64,000 nucleotides of DNA from the human T2T-CHM13v2.0 reference genome, Homo sapiens. Position numbers and translations under genes: made by a program. The notes under the pieces were generated by a model. It was not told the origin of the DNA. It ran no database searches and was given only the letters and a program-made list of their open reading frames with translations. The stretch lies in the NCBI RefSeq assembly GCF_009914755.1, contig NC_060936.1. The stretch is one strand, 5' to 3'. Of this stretch, positions 57,946 to 64,000 are shown piece by piece (within the stretch, counting starts at the first letter, position 1; the number at the start of each line of letters is the position of its first letter).

Positions 57946-60530
57946 GTTTTAACTGGTTTTCATTGACTTCTATTTTTGAAGTTATGGATTATTGCGTAGA
58001 AAATAAGGGGGCCAAGGTGTGTTTTATACAAATTGCATCCACTTCTGAGGAAGTTAATGGACTGGGTGACAGTCTCTGGGACACATAGATATGAAGATAC
58101 CATCTTCAAGAAGAGGTTGTCAAATACTGAGGTGTTTTGGTATTCATGTAAGTCAGTTCCCTGGGATTGTATAAAAGGCAAACCTGCTTTAATACCAGGC
58201 TGCTCTTCATAGTGAATATTTTGTGTATTGCATTAAAATTCATGAAAAACAGTAAAATCACAGACTCTGATGACGTTTACATTTGTATGCCTCTCTTATG
58301 CATAATGTTGAAGACATAGAAGAAAACTCACTCTGGAAGTTTCATTTTTTTAAGTTCAGGAATACGTGTGCAAGTTTGTTATATTGGTAAACTTGTGTTA
58401 CGGGGTTTGTTGTATAGATGATTTAATCATGCAAGTACTAAGCCTAGTACCCAATAGTTATTTTTTTCTGCTCCTCTCCCTCCTCCCACCCTCCACCCTC
58501 TGGTAGGCCACAGTTGTCTGTTGTTCCCCTCTGTGTCCATGTGTACTCATCATTTAGCTCTCACTTATAAGCGAGAACATGGGGTATTTGGTTTTCTGTT
58601 CCTGTGTTAGTTTGCTTAGGATAATGGCCTCCAGCTCCACCTTTTGTTACTGCAAAGGACATGATCTTGTTCTTTTTTATGACAGTTTAGTATTCCATGT
58701 TGTATATGTACCACATTTTCATTATCCAGTCTACCATTAAAGGGCATTTAGGTTGATTCTGTGTCTTTGCTATTGTGAATAGTGTTGCAGTGATCATATA
58801 TGTGCGTATGTCTTTATGACAGAACGATTTATATTCCTTTGGGTGTATACCCGGTAATGGGATTGCTGGATTGAATGGTAGTTCTGTTTTTAGCTCTTTG
58901 AGGAATCACCACACTGCATTCCACAGTGGTTGAGCTAATTTACACTCTCACCAACTGTATATAAGCATTCCCTTTTCTCTGTAACCTTGCCAACACGTTA
59001 TTTCTTGACTTCTTAATAATAGTCATTCTGACTGGTGCGAGATGGTATCTCATTGTGGTTTTGATTTGCATTTTTTTAGTGATTGGTGATACTGAGCTTT
59101 TTTTCATATGCTTGTTGGCCACGTTTATGTGTTCTTTTGAAAAGTGTTGGTACGTGTCCTTTGCCCACTTTTTAATGGGGTTGCTTTTCTCTTGAAAATA
59201 TGTTTAAGTTCCTTATAGATGCTGGATATTACAGCTTTGTCAGATGCATAGTTTGCAAATATTTTCTCTCATTCTGTAGGTTGTCTCTTTTCCTCTATTA
59301 TTAGTTTTTTTTTTTTTTTTTTGCTGGGCAGAAGCCCTTTAATGTAATTAGATCTCATATGTCAGTTTTTACTTTTGTTGCAATTGCTTTTGGCATCTTC
59401 GTCATGAAATCTTTGCCGGTTCCTATGTCCAGAATGATATTGCCTAGGTTGTCTTCCAGAGTTTTTATAGTTTGGGGTTTTACATTTAAGTTTTTAATCC
59501 CTCTTGAGTTGATTTTTGTAGATGGTGTTGGAAAGGGATCCAGTTTCAGTCTTCTGCATATGGCTATCAGTTATCCTAGCACCATTTGTTGATTAGGGAG
59601 TCCTTTTCCCATTGTTTGTTTTTATCAAGTTTGTTGAAGACCAGATGGTTGTAGTTGTGCGGCCATATTTTTTTGCTTTATCTTCTGTTCTATTGGTCTG
59701 TATGCCTGTTTTTGTACCAGTACCATGCTGTTTGAGTTACTGTAGCCCTGTGATGTAATTTGAAGTCAGGTAGCATGATGGCTCCTGCTTTGTTCTTTTT
59801 TCTTAGGATTACATTGGATATTTGGGCTTTTTTTGTGGTGGTTGTTCCGTATAAATTAAAAAATTTTTTTTTCTAGTTCTGTAAAGAATGTCATTGGTAG
59901 TTGATAAATTGCTTTGGGCAGTGTGGCCATTTTAACGATATTGATTCTTCCTATCCATGAGCATGGAATGTTTTCCCATTTGTTTGTGTCATCTCTGATT
60001 TCTTTGAGCAGTGTTTTGTAATTCTTGTTGTAGAACTCTTTTACTCTCCTGGTTAGCTGTATTCCTAGGTATTTTTTTTGTGTGTGTGGCAATTGTGAAC
60101 AGAATTGTATTCCTGATTTGGCTCTTAGCATGGCTGTTGTTGGTGTATAGGAATGCTAGTGATTTTAGTACATTGATTTTGTATCCTGAAACTGCTGAAG
60201 TTGTTTATCAGATCTAGGAGCTTTTGGGCTGAGACTGTAGAGTTTTCTAGATATAGAATTATGTTGTCTGCAAACAAGGATAGTTTGACTTCCTCGCCTC
60301 CTATTTGAATGCCCTTTATTTCTTTCTCTTGCCCGATTGCTCTGGCCAGGACTTCCAATACTATGTTGAATAGAAGTGGTGGCAAGAGGGCATCCTTGTT
60401 TTGTGCTGGTTTTTAAGGGGAATGCTTCCAGCTTTTGCCCTTTCAGTATGATGTTGGCTGTGGGTTTGTCATAGATAGCTCTAATTATTTTGAGGTATGT
60501 TCCTTCAGTACCTAGTTTGTTGAGAGTTTT

Positions 60531-60840
60531 GTTTTTTGTTTTTTGTTTTTTGTTTTTTTTGAGATGGAGTCTCGCTCTTTCACCCAGGCTGGAGTGCAGT
60601 GGTGCGATTTGGCTCACTGCAAGCTCTGCCTCCCGGGTTCACGCCATTCTCCTGCCTCAGCCTCCCAAGTAGCTGGGACTACAGGTGCCCGCCACCGCAC
60701 CTGGCTAATTTTTTGTATTTTTAGTAGAGACGGGATTTCACTGTGTTAGCCAGGATGGTCTCGATCTCCTGACCTCGTGATCCACCTGCCTCGGCCTCCC
60801 AAAGTGCTGGGATTATAGGCGTGAGCCACCGCGCCCAGCC
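60531..60840 (-). mobile_element. AluY inserted in L1 ORF2
   Basis: 14-bp TSD ttgttgagagtttt (60517-60530 / 60841-60854); (GTTTTTT)n tail. Confidence 0.93.
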
Positions 60841-61115
60841 TTGTTGAGAGTTTTTAATGTGAAGAGGTATTGAATTTTATTGAGAGCCTTTTCTGTGTCT
60901 ATTGAATTGATCATGTGGTTTCTATCTTTAGTTCTGTTTATGTGATGAATCACATTTATTAATTTATATGTGTTGAACCAAACTTGCATCCCAGGGATAA
61001 AGCCTGCTTGACTGTAGGGGATTCACTTTTTGGTGTGCTGCTGGATTTGGCTTGCTTGTTATTTTGTTGAGGATTTTTGCATCTATGTTTATCAAGGATA
61101 TTGGCTGAAGTTTTC

Positions 61116-61117
<2 letters not shown>

Positions 61118-61162
<45 letters not shown>
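61118..61162. repeat. (TG)n microsatellite within the L1
   Basis: Direct reading. Confidence 0.95.
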
Positions 61163-61163
<1 letters not shown>

Positions 61164-64000
61164 TCTGCCAGGTTTTGGTATCAGGATGATGCTCACCTCA
61201 TAGAATGAGTTAAGGAGGAGTCCCTCCTCCTCAGTTTTTTTGGAATAGTTTCAGTACAGATGGTACTAGCTCTTCTTTTATTCATTTCTTCTAGATTTTC
61301 TAGTTTGTGTGCATAGAGGTGTTCGTAGTAGTCTGTGATGGTATTTTTATATCTGTGGGATCAGTAGTAACATTGTCTTTGTCATTTCTCATTGTGTTTA
61401 TTTGTATCTTCTCACTTCTTTTATTAGTCTAGCTAGCAGTCTATCTATTAATTTTTTTCAAAAAGCCAACTCCTGGGTGTATTGATCTTTTGAATGGTTT
61501 CTTGTGTCTCAGTCTACTTTGGTTCAGCTCTGATTTTGGTTGTTTCTTGTCTTCTGCTAGCTTTGGAGTTAGCTTGCTCTTTCTTCTCTAGTTCTTTTAG
61601 TTGTAATTTTAGGTTGTTTATTTAAGGTCCTTCTGACTTTTTTATGTGAGCATTTAGTGCTATAAATTTCCCTCTTCACGCTGCCTTAGCTGTGTCTGAG
61701 ATTCTGGTTGTATCTTTGTACTCATTAGTTTCAAATAATTTCTTGACTTCTGCTTTAATTTCATTGTTTACCCAAAAGTTATTAAGGAGAAGGTTAATTT
61801 CCATGTAACTAAGGTTTTGAGCAATTTTCTTAGTCTTGAGTTCTATTTTTCTTATGTTGTGGTGCAGAAAGGTAGTTGGTATGATTTTGGTTCTTTTGCA
61901 TTTGCTAAGGATTGTTTATATTCAATTGTGTAGTTGATTTTAGAGTATGTGCCGTATGGCGATAAGAAGAATGTATATTCTGTTTTGGGGTGGAGAGTTC
62001 TGTAGATTTATATCGGGTTCATTTGGTCCAGTGTTGAGTTCAGGTCCTGAATATCTTTGTTAATATTCCTCCTCTAAGGTCTATCTAACACTGTCAGTGG
62101 GGTGTTAAAGCCTCATACTTATTATTGCATGGGAGTCTAAGTCTCTTTGAAGATCTCTTAAGAACCTGCTTTATGAATCTGGGTGCTCCTGTGTTGGGTG
62201 TATGGATATTTAGGATAGTTAGGTCTTCTTGTTGAATTGAACCTTTTACCGTTATGTAATGCCCTTGTCTTTTTTGATCTTTGTTGGTTTAAGGTTTGTT
62301 TTGTCTGAAATTAGGATTGCAACCCCTGCTTTTTCTGTTTTCCATTTCCCTGGTAGATTTTTCTCCACTCCTTTATTTTGAGTCCATGGGTGTCACTGCA
62401 TGTGAGATGGGTCTCTTGAAACAGTATACCATTGGGTCTTGCTGCTTTATCCAGTTTGCCACTCTGTGCCTTTTAATTGGGGTAGTTAGCCTATTAACAT
62501 TGCAGGTTAGTATTGATATGTGTGCGTTTGATCCTGTCATCATGATGTTAACTTGTTATGCTGACTTTTTTGTGTGGTTGCCCTGTAGTGTCACTGGTCT
62601 ATGTACTTTAGTTTGTTTTTGTAGTGACTGGTAAGGGTCTTTCCTTTCCATATTTAGTACTTCTTTCAGCAGCTTTTGTAAAGCAGGTCTAGTGGTAACA
62701 AATTCCTTCAGCATTTGTTTGTCTGAAAATGATCTTATTTCTCCTTCATTTATGAAGCTTGGTTTGGCCGGATATTAAATTCCAGTGCTCCAGGAACACT
62801 GGTCACCACACTCCAATGGGCAAGTGCCAGCCAAAGCACTTCATAGGGTGATAGCAGCAGGCTTGGTCCTTGTACTCGTTTGCACGTGCCAACAGCAGTG
62901 GCAGTGTGGACGTGTGTGGACTGTGGCAAGGTGCTAGCCAGCGCCGGGGTGCCAGCCTCCATGCAGGCATTTGCAGCAGCTGGGTGGCAGCATGGCTGGA
63001 GGAGGGCAGGGGGTCCCTGCAAGGAATAGAATTGGGCACTCATGGGGGCAGTCTGCTGTTCTCCATGCTTAGTTTTGGGCAGGCAGCAGTGTCGGCGGCA
63101 GGGGCTGGTGGTCTCATTGCTGCCAGTGCTCCTATGACAGTGGTGGTATGGTGGGGGATAGGGGACGGGGGTGCACTCACGGCAGCAGAGGCATGGCAGG
63201 GTGCAGACACCCTGGCTGGGAAGGGAAGACAAGATTCCTGCTGGCACACACATGCTGGCAAAGTGATGTGAGGGGTTGCTGTGGGCTAGTGCTTGTAGGC
63301 AAAGCAGCACAGGGGAGGGCACAGTTGGGGGAGGGCACAGGCAGCCTGGTGTGTGTCTGTGGGGCAGCTCTGCTAGAGCACTCTGCCAGTCAGGCATGGC
63401 CTGCCAGTGCAGGAGCTGTGATGCGGCCCCCAGGAGGTACCTGGGGGCTGCACTGCATGCAGGTGTGGCCAGGGTGGGACCCTGGGAGAGGCCAGCTGAC
63501 TAAAGGGTGTTCACGTCAAACTGGCCCTGTTTCATGGACAAGACTGGCTCTGCAGAGTTCAGATCTGACAGTTTCACTAGGGCTAAAATCTCCTATGGGG
63601 GCAGGTCAATTCTAGGGGAATGGGCATCCCTGGCCGTGTTCCACTACAGAGGCTGCAGCACCAAACCCTCTAGACTTGGCACAGGCTGGAGTTCTGCTAC
63701 TACCACTTCTCTAAGTAGCTGTCCCTGCCAACTCAAGTGTCCATGGTGGCAGAGGGGTCTCTTCCTACTGGGATTCCAGAGGCCCCTGGTGAGAGCAGGT
63801 TGCTCCTTGCCTGTTCAACTCACCCCTTCTGCAGGAATCACTGGGGGCCAGGAACTAGTCCTGGGTGCCTGGTAGCCCTGTGTAGGGTTCCCAGCTTCCT
63901 CCCGCTTCAGCTATGCCCTGTATCTTTCTTCCCTCTGATCTTAATGCCTTCCCTCTGAAGGTTTGCTAGGAGTGCACGAGTCTTCCTGATGTCCCAGTCC

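Larger units (their letters stand above)
58340..64000 (-). mobile_element. Old primate L1 (L1PA13-16/L1P4-like), antisense: 3' UTR, degenerate ORF2, ORF1 remnant and GC-rich 5' UTR running off the window
   Basis: ORF2 fragments [32 protein letters not shown] (RT FADD motif decayed), KQMQIKTTMRYHL-like and [16 protein letters not shown]; ORF2 start (atgacaggatcaaa on -) near 62540. Confidence 0.92.

Noticed and set aside
58940-60617. Reverse-transcriptase-like ORFs as an active or novel retroelement
   Set aside because: Standard L1 ORF2 fragments with the catalytic FADD decayed to FADN and an AluY insertion.
62750-63958. Long overlapping ORFs (up to 215 aa)
   Set aside because: Arise from the GC-rich L1 5' UTR-like region; no recognisable domain.

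Overview
Human genomic DNA: about 30 Alu elements, including a human-specific AluYb8, plus L1, L2, MIR, MaLR LTRs and Tigger/MER DNA transposons. Bases 1-~9150 are repeat-rich upstream sequence. A CpG-island promoter (~9150-10070, GC boxes and an ETS CCGGAAGTG motif) leads into an ATG-less first exon on the + strand that ends at a consensus splice donor (ACG|GTGAGT, 9470|9471). The remaining ~54.5 kb reads as a long first intron. I found no convincing protein-coding exon and cannot name the gene. Almost all ORFs in the track are Alu, L1, Tigger or microsatellite artefacts. I see no novel multi-gene system. The most unusual signals are retrotransposition and repair oddities: (1) an AluS whose linker is replaced by a ~180-bp copy of intronic sequence from 1.5 kb upstream; (2) an Alu/snaR-related (ASR-like) small-RNA retrocopy nested in a full-length Tigger1; (3) a ~130-nt orphan polyadenylated retrocopy with AATAAA, poly(A) and TSDs; (4) an AluYb8 with a triplicated diagnostic 7-mer ~0.9 kb upstream of the promoter; (5) a candidate alternative exon with an open ATG-initiated frame inside the CpG island. 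Repeat subfamily calls come from recalled consensus sequences, not from a search.
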